Shown piece by piece: positions 1-8,650 of a stretch of DNA of 32,000 nt (position 1 is the stretch's first letter; each line of letters opens with the position of its first letter). The DNA is from Saccharolobus solfataricus (lineage in GTDB: Archaea; Thermoproteota; Thermoprotei_A; Sulfolobales; Sulfolobaceae). The notes under the pieces were generated by a model that worked only from the letters and a program-made list of their open reading frames with translations, was not told the origin of the DNA and did not search any database. The translations under genes were made by a program, and so were the position numbers. The stretch spans positions 1,440,001 to 1,472,000 of the forward strand of contig NZ_LT549890.1 in NCBI RefSeq assembly GCF_900079115.1, in the 5' to 3' direction.

Positions 1-145
1 CATCAGTTCTTTTACTGTTCAAGTACATCATTAGAAATAGGTAATCTTGCTCAGATAACTTCTTACCCTGCTTTGATTTCTCCACTAAACTCTTAGCGTA
101 CTCAGTAACAGCGTCACTAAGCATTTGTATGAAAACGTCAGCCAT
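1..145 (-). CDS. 5' part of a hypothetical protein (ORF runs off the left window edge)
   Basis: ATG at 145-143 on the minus strand opens MADVFIQMLSDAVTEYAKSLVEKSKQGKKLSEQDYLFLMMYLNSKRTD..., which stays open to position 1. It is divergent from the large ORF at 396. No domain recognised. Confidence 0.3.
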   Translation of the reverse strand, partial: MADVFIQMLSDAVTEYAKSLVEKSKQGKKLSEQDYLFLMMYLNSKRTD

Positions 146-395
146 GAATATAAGTTCGAAAAACTGCTATATAAGTATAGAGATCAGCGAAAGTAACAAC
201 TTTAGGGGGTTCGCGTTGAGGCTATTCCTTATAGAGGTTTGAATTTCAAATGAATTCGATACCAGTTCATAAAATGTGGATAACACTGAAATATAAACGT
301 TTATGGAGAAATTATACATCGTTGAGTTGAATCAAAGAACATTCTAGGATTCCAACAGTTATAGTTAAAATCTATTTTTGACACTTTATTATAAC

Positions 396-3300
396 ATGAG
401 GGAAATTCTCAAAGTCAGTGAGATCAGAAGATTGATTAGGAGAAATAAGGCATTGATTGGAGGTCTCCCCTTTAGTGGTAAGACTACGATGATAAAAAAG
501 GCTTGTGAGGGTTATTGCGAAGAGAACGGAATACAATTTATCGAACTACCTAAGAAGTTTGTCAGTATTGAGGAGTTAAACCAATGGAAGGAAAAGGTTA
601 AAGGAGTGGAAAAGGCTATTATAGAAGGGAGAAGTTATGTAATAGAACTTTTATTAGGTAAGGTTTCTATAGCTGATACGCCATCCCTTCAGTCCTTGAA
701 CTTGGATTTAACGGGAAAGGTAGTTAGCATGAAAAGTTTAGATGCAATTAAAAAGATATATAATAGCGGTATAAGGGACGATAAAGCTGTTTCAAAAATT
801 TTGATGTATTCCACTGTTGCCGTGCCTAATTATTATACTGTTATACCCAAGCTAGTTAACGAGGGCATTGAGCTATATAACCAAGGTAAGCTGGACAAAA
901 CACTGGAGTTTGTCTTAGGGTTAAAGAGGTTGTATTATTCTTTTCCTAAGGGAGATGTAAGCGGGGAGGATAGTGTTATATTTGCCTTGCAACAAGTTGT
1001 ACCGAGGGATATAGATTTTAAGACTGCGTGGGATGAGTTAAGCGAAACTTGGAAGGAGTTGGTATATTACAGACTCGATTCTGTTCTCAAGCTTTTGCCT
1101 GGTTCTGCAGAGAGAATGATTAATCAGAAAGAGATAAAACCCATGGGAGATAAGGTAAACATTTCTGATATAGACCCCTTTTTCGTTGGCTTAGCTGAAG
1201 AAGGAGTGTCAATACTCCTTAGCGGAGAGAATCTTTGTATTGTTGGTCCTATACGATCTGGTAAGTCTACTTTAGCAAACTACGTTTACTCGATGGCTAA
1301 TTTAGGGAATATTGAGGTTGTAGACTATAATAATTATGACTTACTTGGACTGAAGCAGAAACTATCTTCGGAAAGTAAAAGGTTTATTGCAGTCCTAACA
1401 GAAGATATTTACATTTCCCTACCTTTAACCTGTAAAGTAATAAACTTAAATACTTATATTAATGACTTCATCAAGTATCAATATTTAAAGGAAAACAAAT
1501 ATATAAGGGTCGGCACCTATGAGATACCTCGTTATTACTATAGTCTCTATAAATTAAAGTACAATATGAGTGATGACCAAATTATTGATGAATATAAGTC
1601 AGATATGACTAAATATATTATAAACACAATTTTCGGAAACAATAAAGAACTGATAGATAATTACCTCCCTCTTCTAGTTCTAGGCAAGAGATATTTGCCT
1701 TTTCCTCCAAGGGTAAGTGAGATAATACTTAAGTACTTTAATAGGCAAATAGACGAGACCTTTGTTAAATGGTTCTCTGCATTCGATTTTATGGGTTATA
1801 AAATAGAGGAAAACAAGGAAATAAAAGCTAAGGAGAATGAGGTTCTTCGAAAAGTTAGGGATGAGCTCATCAAAGAGGTTAAGGAGAAGAAGCTCGAAGA
1901 TGACTTATTGAAAGTATTTTTTCACAATCTAATGGCCTTTAAGGTCGCTATCGCCAATTTAAATGGTTTTATAGCTACTGCACAAGGTAGATATTCTCCT
2001 ATTGTAGAGAAACTACTCTATAAGCCGGATATAGTGGATAAATTGGATCTTGATTTGGACAGAAGACTGCCTGAAGTGTGCAACTCTTTAAAGAAAATTG
2101 AGGATGAATTTGATAAGAAAAAAGATAAAATTACTATAGCCGGCTTTCTCCTACTACCAGAAAAATTAAAGGAGGAAAAATTAACCTCTTACCGCTTAAG
2201 TATAGATTATTACGCTTCTATTTACCGGATATTGTCTTCAAAAGGTGCTGATATAGAGTGTTTGAGGAGAGCGTTTAGGGTGCTTAAACTGTTCGAAACG
2301 TATTTCAGTGATATTTTCACATACTCTAAATTCGAAAACAAGATATACAGCACTGCACTGACGACTAGAGATGAGGAACTTATACGCGACTATCTGAAAA
2401 TAACTTTTATGCACTTTGTCCGTTACAGTATAGCTTATATTAATAAGGAACATTTGGAAAGGATTGCTGAAATTTCGGACTATGCCAAATTAGGAGTAAA
2501 GCCGATACTTATACCATATGAGATTTTAGCTGAGGACTTGCCGATTGAAAAAATAGGAGACCCGGTGGACATCTATGCTTCTTTAATCACCTTCCTCTAT
2601 ATAGAGAAATTATATTCAGAGATTCAGAAAATCGATTTATTTAGCCGTTCCTATCAATATATAGAGATTCTATATGAAAAATTTACCAAATCCCAAAGAA
2701 GTATTAGCGATAAAATCCTTTCTACTATATTCGACGTTGCATTTTCTATGTGGTGGGATAGGAGAGATCTAATATTAAAATATATAAACGACCTTGTCGG
2801 ATTTTGCGGGATAAAGGCTGGCATTTCAACGTTTTACAGTTATGGCAAAAAGAGCGATTTTGAGAAAGCTTTAGAGTATGTAAATATGATCATTAATAGT
2901 AGATACGCAATTATTAGCAAAGAAGGGAAAAATACGGAAGAAATAACGAAAATGTTATTCGATATATATAAGGTGAGACTAGCCAGTGCACTTCTCGCAT
3001 CAAGGTATGAATATAAGACAGTACTGCAGGATATTATGGAATTGCAGTCTAAGGCTAATATAATAAATGATAGGTCAATAAGAGAGAACATAAGGTTAGC
3101 ATATCTCATATCTAAGTTGTTATTATATAAGGAGGTTGAGGAAACTATCCCCATGTCGCGAAAATTGATTCTTTACAAAGCAGCCTTGGCGTTAATGGGT
3201 GGTGAGAAGGAAAAGGAGGAATTCTTTAAGGAAGTTGAGAGTAGACGAATAGGACGTAGACCTATTACGGATATAGAACGCGTACTACCAAGGCTATTAA

Positions 3301-3497
3301 CAAAGGAGTACTTAATACCAGTTCTTAAAGCCTACTTTTACTTGAAAGGGAAAGGAATAGAGATGACAGAGTTAGACGACTACTTAGAAAACGAAACAAT
3401 AGGGATACCGATGCTTGTAACAAATAAAATATTTGATAAAATTTACGCTAAGGAAAACAGAAACAAGTTCATCGCATCGCTTATACTTTTTATATGA
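396..3497 (+). CDS. Large (~1030 aa) predicted NTPase with two Walker-A P-loops and a long helical C-terminal region; family not recognised
   Basis: Uninterrupted ORF (track 378..3497). ATG 396 is preferred over TTG 378 because a TATA-like TTAAAATC lies ~30 nt upstream. There are two GxxxxGK[ST] motifs: GLPFSGKT (nt 462-485) and GPIRSGKS (nt 1245-1268). Each is followed by a hydrophobic-acidic strand (SYVIELLL; RFIAVLTED). The remaining ~700 aa are K/E/L/Y/I-rich. Confidence 0.75.
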   Translation: MREILKVSEIRRLIRRNKALIGGLPFSGKTTMIKKACEGYCEENGIQFIELPKKFVSIEELNQWKEKVKGVEKAIIEGRSYVIELLLGKVSIADTPSLQSLNLDLTGKVVSMKSLDAIKKIYNSGIRDDKAVSKILMYSTVAVPNYYTVIPKLVNEGIELYNQGKLDKTLEFVLGLKRLYYSFPKGDVSGEDSVIFALQQVVPRDIDFKTAWDELSETWKELVYYRLDSVLKLLPGSAERMINQKEIKPMGDKVNISDIDPFFVGLAEEGVSILLSGENLCIVGPIRSGKSTLANYVYSMANLGNIEVVDYNNYDLLGLKQKLSSESKRFIAVLTEDIYISLPLTCKVINLNTYINDFIKYQYLKENKYIRVGTYEIPRYYYSLYKLKYNMSDDQIIDEYKSDMTKYIINTIFGNNKELIDNYLPLLVLGKRYLPFPPRVSEIILKYFNRQIDETFVKWFSAFDFMGYKIEENKEIKAKENEVLRKVRDELIKEVKEKKLEDDLLKVFFHNLMAFKVAIANLNGFIATAQGRYSPIVEKLLYKPDIVDKLDLDLDRRLPEVCNSLKKIEDEFDKKKDKITIAGFLLLPEKLKEEKLTSYRLSIDYYASIYRILSSKGADIECLRRAFRVLKLFETYFSDIFTYSKFENKIYSTALTTRDEELIRDYLKITFMHFVRYSIAYINKEHLERIAEISDYAKLGVKPILIPYEILAEDLPIEKIGDPVDIYASLITFLYIEKLYSEIQKIDLFSRSYQYIEILYEKFTKSQRSISDKILSTIFDVAFSMWWDRRDLILKYINDLVGFCGIKAGISTFYSYGKKSDFEKALEYVNMIINSRYAIISKEGKNTEEITKMLFDIYKVRLASALLASRYEYKTVLQDIMELQSKANIINDRSIRENIRLAYLISKLLLYKEVEETIPMSRKLILYKAALALMGGEKEKEEFFKEVESRRIGRRPITDIERVLPRLLTKEYLIPVLKAYFYLKGKGIEMTELDDYLENETIGIPMLVTNKIFDKIYAKENRNKFIASLILFI

Positions 3498-3524
3498 GTA
3501 AAATAGGGAAGAGGGGTTTGGGCT

Positions 3525-4781
3525 TCATTGAATTTTCATGAATTTGTATCCAATCCTCAGCCCTTGGGCTTCACCAAAGTCACGGACGTTCATCCCTCTC
3601 CGCCCCATTAGCGGAATAACCCCAACCCCACCCTCACGGATGTGAGGGAATCCGCACATCTTGAGGTATATGTTTAGAGAAGCATTCAATTGCCTATCCA
3701 ACTTGAACCCACACCTCTCACACTCAAAGGTCTTACCAACCTTTCGGGATACAAACCCACATCTGGGGCAAGACCTAGATGTAAAGCGTGGGTTCACTTC
3801 CTTCACGAAGGAGCCGTAAAGCGGAGCCTTATACCTCAACACTCTGTGTATACTCCCCCAAACCGTTAAAGAAATCTTCCTCGAAAGAGACTCATTAGCA
3901 TCTACAAACATACCCTCCTTATCAAGCTTTTCAACAGCAAAAAACGTCATGGGGTACAAGTCCAGTAACGCATTTACAAACTTGTGAACAAAATCTAAAA
4001 CGCGATTCCTCTCCCTATGTGAATACTTCCTTAACAACTCTCTCCCCCTCTTCGTGTGCTTAGATGCAAACGATTGCACCTTAGCCCTCTTCACCTCCAT
4101 GGAGTACTTAAGGGAGTACAACTGCTTCAGAGAGATTGTAACGAATTTCTCACCATCATAAGCATCTAGAGTATAAAGGTTGGAGTCAATGGCCAGGAAG
4201 TTCACTGGTGTTGCCCAAGGTAACTTGTAACGAAATGACAAATACACTTTCTCCTCCTTAATTACAGGTTCACCAAGTTCCAACTCCCTAACCCTTCTTG
4301 AGAACCATGACTTACTCCACGAGAAGGTGATGTACTCATAAGGTCTTACCGTTATTCTAACGCTTTCCCCAACAACCTTCCTCAGAGTCGTCTTTATCCT
4401 AACGTAAGCCTTCTTCACCCTTGGTTTTCCAATTGATGCCCTCCCCTTTATGGCCCTTTTCCTCCACGACTTCAAGATCGAGAATGCGTCATTAATTGCC
4501 TTATCGACGTAGTGTGACGCGAGGTGATTGATCTTCTCCAACTCTTCCCTAAGTGGTTTATACACCTCCCTCTTCTTCGGTAGTGTTATCTTGTAATTAC
4601 CGTTCTTTCTTACTTGTATTTTCGTTAAATTCCACAAGTAGTCAATTGCTTTCTGTAGTAGTGTTCTGTATTCTTTAATTAATTCTTTGCTCTTCTCCCT
4701 CTTGTCGTTCTTGATGGAGTACGTGAAGTATGCGTATTTCTCTTCCGGTTCAAATTTTCTAATTCTTAAGTTCTTCAACAC
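3525..4781 (-). CDS. tnpB: TnpB / IS605-IS607 OrfB RNA-guided-endonuclease-like protein, apparently intact (418 aa)
   Basis: RuvC-like triad context is present: LAIDSNL, FFAVEKLD, DRQLNASLNI. A zinc ribbon CPRCG-x13-CERCG lies between the second and third motifs. Confidence 0.85.
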   Translation of the reverse strand: MLKNLRIRKFEPEEKYAYFTYSIKNDKREKSKELIKEYRTLLQKAIDYLWNLTKIQVRKNGNYKITLPKKREVYKPLREELEKINHLASHYVDKAINDAFSILKSWRKRAIKGRASIGKPRVKKAYVRIKTTLRKVVGESVRITVRPYEYITFSWSKSWFSRRVRELELGEPVIKEEKVYLSFRYKLPWATPVNFLAIDSNLYTLDAYDGEKFVTISLKQLYSLKYSMEVKRAKVQSFASKHTKRGRELLRKYSHRERNRVLDFVHKFVNALLDLYPMTFFAVEKLDKEGMFVDANESLSRKISLTVWGSIHRVLRYKAPLYGSFVKEVNPRFTSRSCPRCGFVSRKVGKTFECERCGFKLDRQLNASLNIYLKMCGFPHIREGGVGVIPLMGRRGMNVRDFGEAQGLRIGYKFMKIQ

Positions 4782-5339
4782 ATTTCTTCACCTTTTCGTA
4801 CTTGTGACTTCTCATGCCATACAGTTTTCCGCTGAATGAGAACAGAATGGAGATTAGGTCTTCAATCATCTCCTGTTCTGGTGTTTTGTCCTTCTGGTTT
4901 AGTACTACTATTTCGCAGTTGTGTGCTTTGCACACTTCCTCTAAGATTTCGAAGCCTAACAAGTCTGTCTGGGTAGGCAACAACTACGCGTGATACTTCG
5001 TTGTTTAATATCATTCTCAACAGCTTCAAGAACCCCTTTCTCTTCATGTTTAACCCGGAACCTATGTCACTAATTACTTGATCATATTCTTTGACTTGTT
5101 CCTCTAGATATTTTACTTGGTTTACTAGTTCGTCTTTTTGTGTGGAAGATGGTACTCTTGCGTATAATATTACTTTTCTTTTTCTAATAATTCCCATTAG
5201 TCTCTCTATGTCTTCTTCTCTGAATCTTTGTTTTCCGCTCTGTAGTATAATTGGTTTTATGTATCCTTTCTTTACGTAGTTCTGTAGTGTGCGGTAGGAT
5301 ATTCCCAGTCTTTGGCATACTTCCTTATGGCTTTAACAT
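4759..5339 (-). pseudogene. tnpA: IS607-type serine recombinase TnpA, disrupted by at least two frameshifts
   Basis: The MerR-like HTH reads KEVCQRLGISYRTLQNYVKKGYIKP, followed by the catalytic-Ser region VILYARVPSSTQKDEL. One extra T after ATGTTAAAGCCA (about 5327) separates the start codon from the body. A second frame switch near 4975 splits ...AYPDRLVR from GFEILEEVCKAHNCEIVVLNQ (track ORFs 4862..5197 and 4759..4983). Confidence 0.7.
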
Positions 5340-5528
5340 TATAATTAAATATTCATACAAAGTATATAAATTTCACGGTTTAACGGAAACTGTTAGCACC
5401 GGCGATTCAAGTGTCTTTTGCGAATTGTAATTTGTAAGTAATGTGGTTGTAAAAATGTTAACATTGTTATTTGTGTGTCTCTGCTAGTTAGTCGCCTTCA
5501 TTCAGTTAAATTCGTAACAATCTTTAAA

Positions 5529-6304
5529 TAGCATTTATCGGAAAATCCTTGCAGTTTGAGGAGACCTTAAAAACTTTTAAAAATTAACCAAATAAATTAT
5601 CGTGTGGATAAAATTCCGGCAATACAACTCTTACTACAGTAAAAGACTTGAGGGCAAACGAGGCCTACGTAGTAACAATAATACCGTATATACCACAAAA
5701 GGTTGTTGAGGTGTTAAGGGAGAGGAAGTTGAGTTTAAGACCAAAATACAAGAATACTTGGAAACTTTGCCAATGCTCGAGAAGGAGTTTAGTGTTGTAT
5801 GCAAGGTTTTTGATTCTTGATACGTTAATTCCAAAGCTCTCTTAAAGGATACTGTGGGGGAACTCAAGTCCAACGCGCGGGTCAACGAGGGTGGTAGATC
5901 CGTGCCCGTTGGCGAGTTCCCCCAAGGGGAATACCTAGTTGAGTATCTAGGTGTTCCCATAAAGTTACTTGTAGTAGATGATTATAAGGGTTTGGGTAAG
6001 AGGTACTTCTTCTCTACTAATGTAAATGATACTTCAGAGGACATAATAACTTCATGGGAGAGTCGTTGTTGGGGTTTTGATTAGGGAGTTAAAGGCGTTG
6101 GGGTTGGATAAGGGTTCTTTCCTCACTTGGGTTAGGAATAAGGGTTTTGTGACCTTGAAGGTCCTCTCTTGGTCCTCTCGTTCAAGTACTCCCTTGGTTT
6201 GAAGTTAGGTGCCAAGAGGATATCAAGGTTGATAAAAAATATTTATCAGTCTTTGGGTGGGATTAAGAAACTGTTTAAGAGAAGGAAAAATACGTAAAAT
6301 GCCA
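5529..6304 (+). mobile_element. Internally deleted, decayed ISC1217-like IS copy
   Basis: The left end TAGCATTTATCGGAAAATCC... and right end ...CGTAAAATGCCA match the ends of the intact copy at 21512..22658. The interior is homologous to the second half of that transposase (GELKSNARVNEGGRSVPVGEFPQGEYLVEYLG...). About 370 bp of the 5' half are missing and there are several frameshifts after 6060. Confidence 0.7.
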
Positions 6305-6705
6305 TTCAGTTATTAGAATATATCTAAATAGAAAAAAGTGGCAAAAATATTATTTTTTATAAAATTTTATATATTAGTAAAACCTACTACCAACCAAATA
6401 TATAAAAAATTAATCACTTAAAGTGAAATTCTAGAAATATTACTAAAAGAACCGATAATCTGAGAGTGTTCTCATAAAGTCATCTTATTCGATATCAAAT
6501 ATCAAAATTATATCAAGTTCTCTAACATACTCTACCCCTTTCAAGTGGGATTTTCTTATTCTTTTGTAAAAGACTAAAGATAATCAAGATAACAAACTTA
6601 AAGATTGAAAGAAAATACCTCCTCACCATCCTCATATACTGTAATTTTATCGTTTTCTAATATTCCATAACATTTATAAGTTTGAGAACTATCAACTCTA
6701 AGATA

Positions 6706-7278
6706 TTATGTCCCTGAAGGGAATTGGTAATATGAATAACAACCTGCTGTCATGTGCCCATTAAAGAATAATCTAGGTTTTAAATATTCCACTGCATCAA
6801 ACATTAATTCGTTATATTCATCTTTTTTCATTTTAGGGTATATTTCAGGGATATATGGAGGTTGATGAGCTATCAAAATATCTACTTTTATTCCAGAATT
6901 TTTTATCTTATAAATTGCATTCATAAATTCTGTAGGCTTAGTTAAAGGTACTCCTTTTGAACTTCTTTCACCAATAAGCCCATTTATTCCAGCAATTTTT
7001 AAACCACAAATATCGAAAACTTTACTATTAGGCATAGCATAATTCATTATTACTGGGAAATTCTCATGATTACCATAAATAGTTAATAGCTTAACTTTAG
7101 AACTTATTCTCCTAAAGTCCTCCAGTGTCATTCCTTCATCCCAATCCCCTGCTGAAATAAGTACCTCGGGTTCAGTCTCACTTATAACTTCTAATAACCA
7201 GTCCACTGCAACTGACTCATCGTGTCCTCTAAAAAAGTTAAAAGATTTGTGAATATCACTAACTAATAGGAATCTCAC
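6706..7278 (-). CDS. Calcineurin-like metallophosphoesterase
   Basis: The ordered motif set is present: VSDIH, GDWDE, GNHE, HQPP, NGH. In the same frame, 35 further sense codons follow the TAA stop (see findings). Confidence 0.8.
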   Translation of the reverse strand: MRFLLVSDIHKSFNFFRGHDESVAVDWLLEVISETEPEVLISAGDWDEGMTLEDFRRISSKVKLLTIYGNHENFPVIMNYAMPNSKVFDICGLKIAGINGLIGERSSKGVPLTKPTEFMNAIYKIKNSGIKVDILIAHQPPYIPEIYPKMKKDEYNELMFDAVEYLKPRLFFNGHMTAGCYSYYQFPSGT

Positions 7279-7399
7279 GATTTTTATGTATAGAGGAGTC
7301 CTTAATTAACCTTACTTTAACTTCTTCCTTAGCAACTTGATTAACCGCTATGAATAAGTCTTTAATTGAAAGTCTTACTAGGTAGACTACTTCGTCCTC

Positions 7400-7565
7400 A
7401 CTAATGACCCAAAATCATTTTCCTAGAATAATACTTGTCAGCTAAAGAGGATAATAGAGTAAATTGCATAATAAGAATTAAAGGTGAGGAAGCTAGTATT
7501 ATGTGTTTGAACATCATGTTATCTTTAAGGAGATGATTTTTTGGGTCTACCGTAAAAGGTGAGTC
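7400..7565. repeat. Possible miniature element made of two inverted ISC1225-type termini
   Basis: GACCCAAAATCATTTT at 7406-7421 faces GATGATTTTTTGGGTCTACCGTAAAAGG at 7532-7559. Both resemble the ISC1225 ends at 15114 and 16338. The left end is degenerate. Confidence 0.3.
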
Positions 7566-7577
7566 CTTCAGCAGTTA

Positions 7578-7676
7578 CCGATATAGACCCATTTTTCATT
7601 GGCTTAGCTGAAGAAGTGTCAATAGGGGAGAGAATCTTTGTTCCTATACGATCTGGTAAGTCTACTTTGGCAAACT
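7578..7676 (+). pseudogene. ~100-bp relic copy of the second P-loop region of the 396..3497 gene
   Basis: 7578-7676 aligns by eye to 1165-1281 (CCGATATAGACCC.TTTTTC.TTGGCTTAGCTGAAGAA...CCTATACGATCTGGTAAGTCTACTTT.GCAAACT). The matched blocks contain only scattered mismatches, with three small deletions (3, ~7 and ~7 nt). No ORF is retained. Confidence 0.6.
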
Positions 7677-7836
7677 GTGTCTGAGTGTGGATAACAATTT
7701 TGTTTTAATATAATAAAGTAAAAATTTATTTTCAACTTATGATTAGATTTATCAGATGGTAATAAAGAATGCTACAATTTTAATCTATGTACCAGAGATA
7801 GAAACGTTTATATTTCCCGTATACGTGTATTATAAT

Positions 7837-8058
7837 ATGAAAACCGTATACAGTTTAAGGTTAGATAAGGAATTACGTGAGGAGATGGAGAAATATAACG
7901 TCAAGTGGAATGAGGAGATAGAGAGCTTTATAAGAAAGAGAATTGAGGAATTGAAGAAAGAGGAGATCTTAAAGAAGATTAATGAAATCCTCCAAACAAT
8001 GCCAGAAACTAAGTCAAATAGTGCAGATTTGGTGAGGGAAGATAGGGATAATAATTGA
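7837..8058 (+). CDS. vapB: VapB-like antitoxin (RHH-type N-terminus)
   Basis: MKTVYSLRLDKELREEMEKY... is a beta-strand-helix start typical of RHH antitoxins. Its stop overlaps the reading frame of the downstream PIN gene. A TATA-like GTTTATATTT lies ~28 nt upstream of ATG 7837. The track ORF begins earlier at 7756, which is less likely. Confidence 0.6.
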   Translation: MKTVYSLRLDKELREEMEKYNVKWNEEIESFIRKRIEELKKEEILKKINEILQTMPETKSNSADLVREDRDNN

Positions 8059-8443
8059 CGCATCTGTCCTAGCTAAATTTGTAACTAAGGAGAAAGGATG
8101 GGAGAAGATTAGAGAGATTTTGAAAGACGCTGAGACATTAGACTTCGCATTAGTGGAAGTATCTAACGTAGTATGGAAGAAAGCTGTATTAACTGGGGAA
8201 TTAACTGGGAAAGATGTAATTAAGGCAATTACTATTGTTAAAGAGTATTTACCACAACTGCTTACAGTTAACAAAAGCATTGACTTAATTGAAAGAGCTA
8301 TTGAGATTTCCGTTAACGAGAAAATCACAGTATATGATTCACTTTATATTGCACTGGCTGAATGTAAGGGGAGTAAATTGGTAACGGGGGATAAGAAACA
8401 ATACGACGTAGCTAAAAAGTACGTCATCTCTGAGCTCATATAG
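8036..8443 (+). CDS. vapC: PIN-domain toxin VapC (open frame from 8036; no canonical start before the first conserved Asp)
   Basis: The conserved acidic positions are in PIN order: IIDASVL, LVEVSNV, VYDSLYIALAE, LVTGDKK. The track calls only 8120..8443 from the first ATG, which would delete the first catalytic Asp. Confidence 0.65.
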   Translation, partial: GKIGIIIDASVLAKFVTKEKGWEKIREILKDAETLDFALVEVSNVVWKKAVLTGELTGKDVIKAITIVKEYLPQLLTVNKSIDLIERAIEISVNEKITVYDSLYIALAECKGSKLVTGDKKQYDVAKKYVISELI

Positions 8444-8650
8444 ACGAAACAGTTTAGAGCCTATGCTTAAAGAGCTCCATTACCTCTGAGCTTATATAAG
8501 TACGATAAGGTCATAGAGGTATTTCTGCGTCGTAGTTGAACTATAGAAGAGGTAACTTGAGTTTGTAGCTACGTGAGGAACTATCTCTTTAATAAACCTT
8601 GAGAACAGTCTCATATATACTTAAATTTCCCCTTTACAGAAGGTATAACT

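Larger units (their letters stand above)
3498..5345 (-). mobile_element. IS607-family element (serine-recombinase tnpA plus tnpB), ISC1904/ISC1913-like; ends not defined (the family lacks terminal inverted repeats (TIRs) and TSDs)
   Basis: A MerR-HTH/serine-recombinase gene overlaps a TnpB/OrfB gene on the same strand, which is the standard IS607 layout. Total size is ~1.85 kb. The tnpB stop lies only 27 nt from the convergent stop of the 396..3497 gene. Confidence 0.7.

Noticed and set aside
2238-3154. Antisense or overlapping ORFs inside longer genes and IS elements. Examples are 2238..2453, 2840..3154, 5091..5279, 7830..8328, 11795..12317, 12722..13075, 13387..14140, 15384..16319, 17946..18272, 21821..22569, 23271..23718, 24465..24752, 25988..26500, 26645..27161, 28440..28661, 30366..30578 and 31752..31952.
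   Set aside because: They lie opposite to, or out of frame with, much longer motif-bearing ORFs. They have low-complexity Ser/Leu/Phe/Ile-rich translations typical of antisense reading of AT-rich coding DNA.
6590-7380. Possible CRISPR repeat remnants (ATTGAAAG-type 3' ends at ~6605 and ~7373, reminiscent of Sulfolobales repeats)
   Set aside because: These are single isolated occurrences with no regular spacing and no repeated 24-25-mer. No array is present anywhere in the window.
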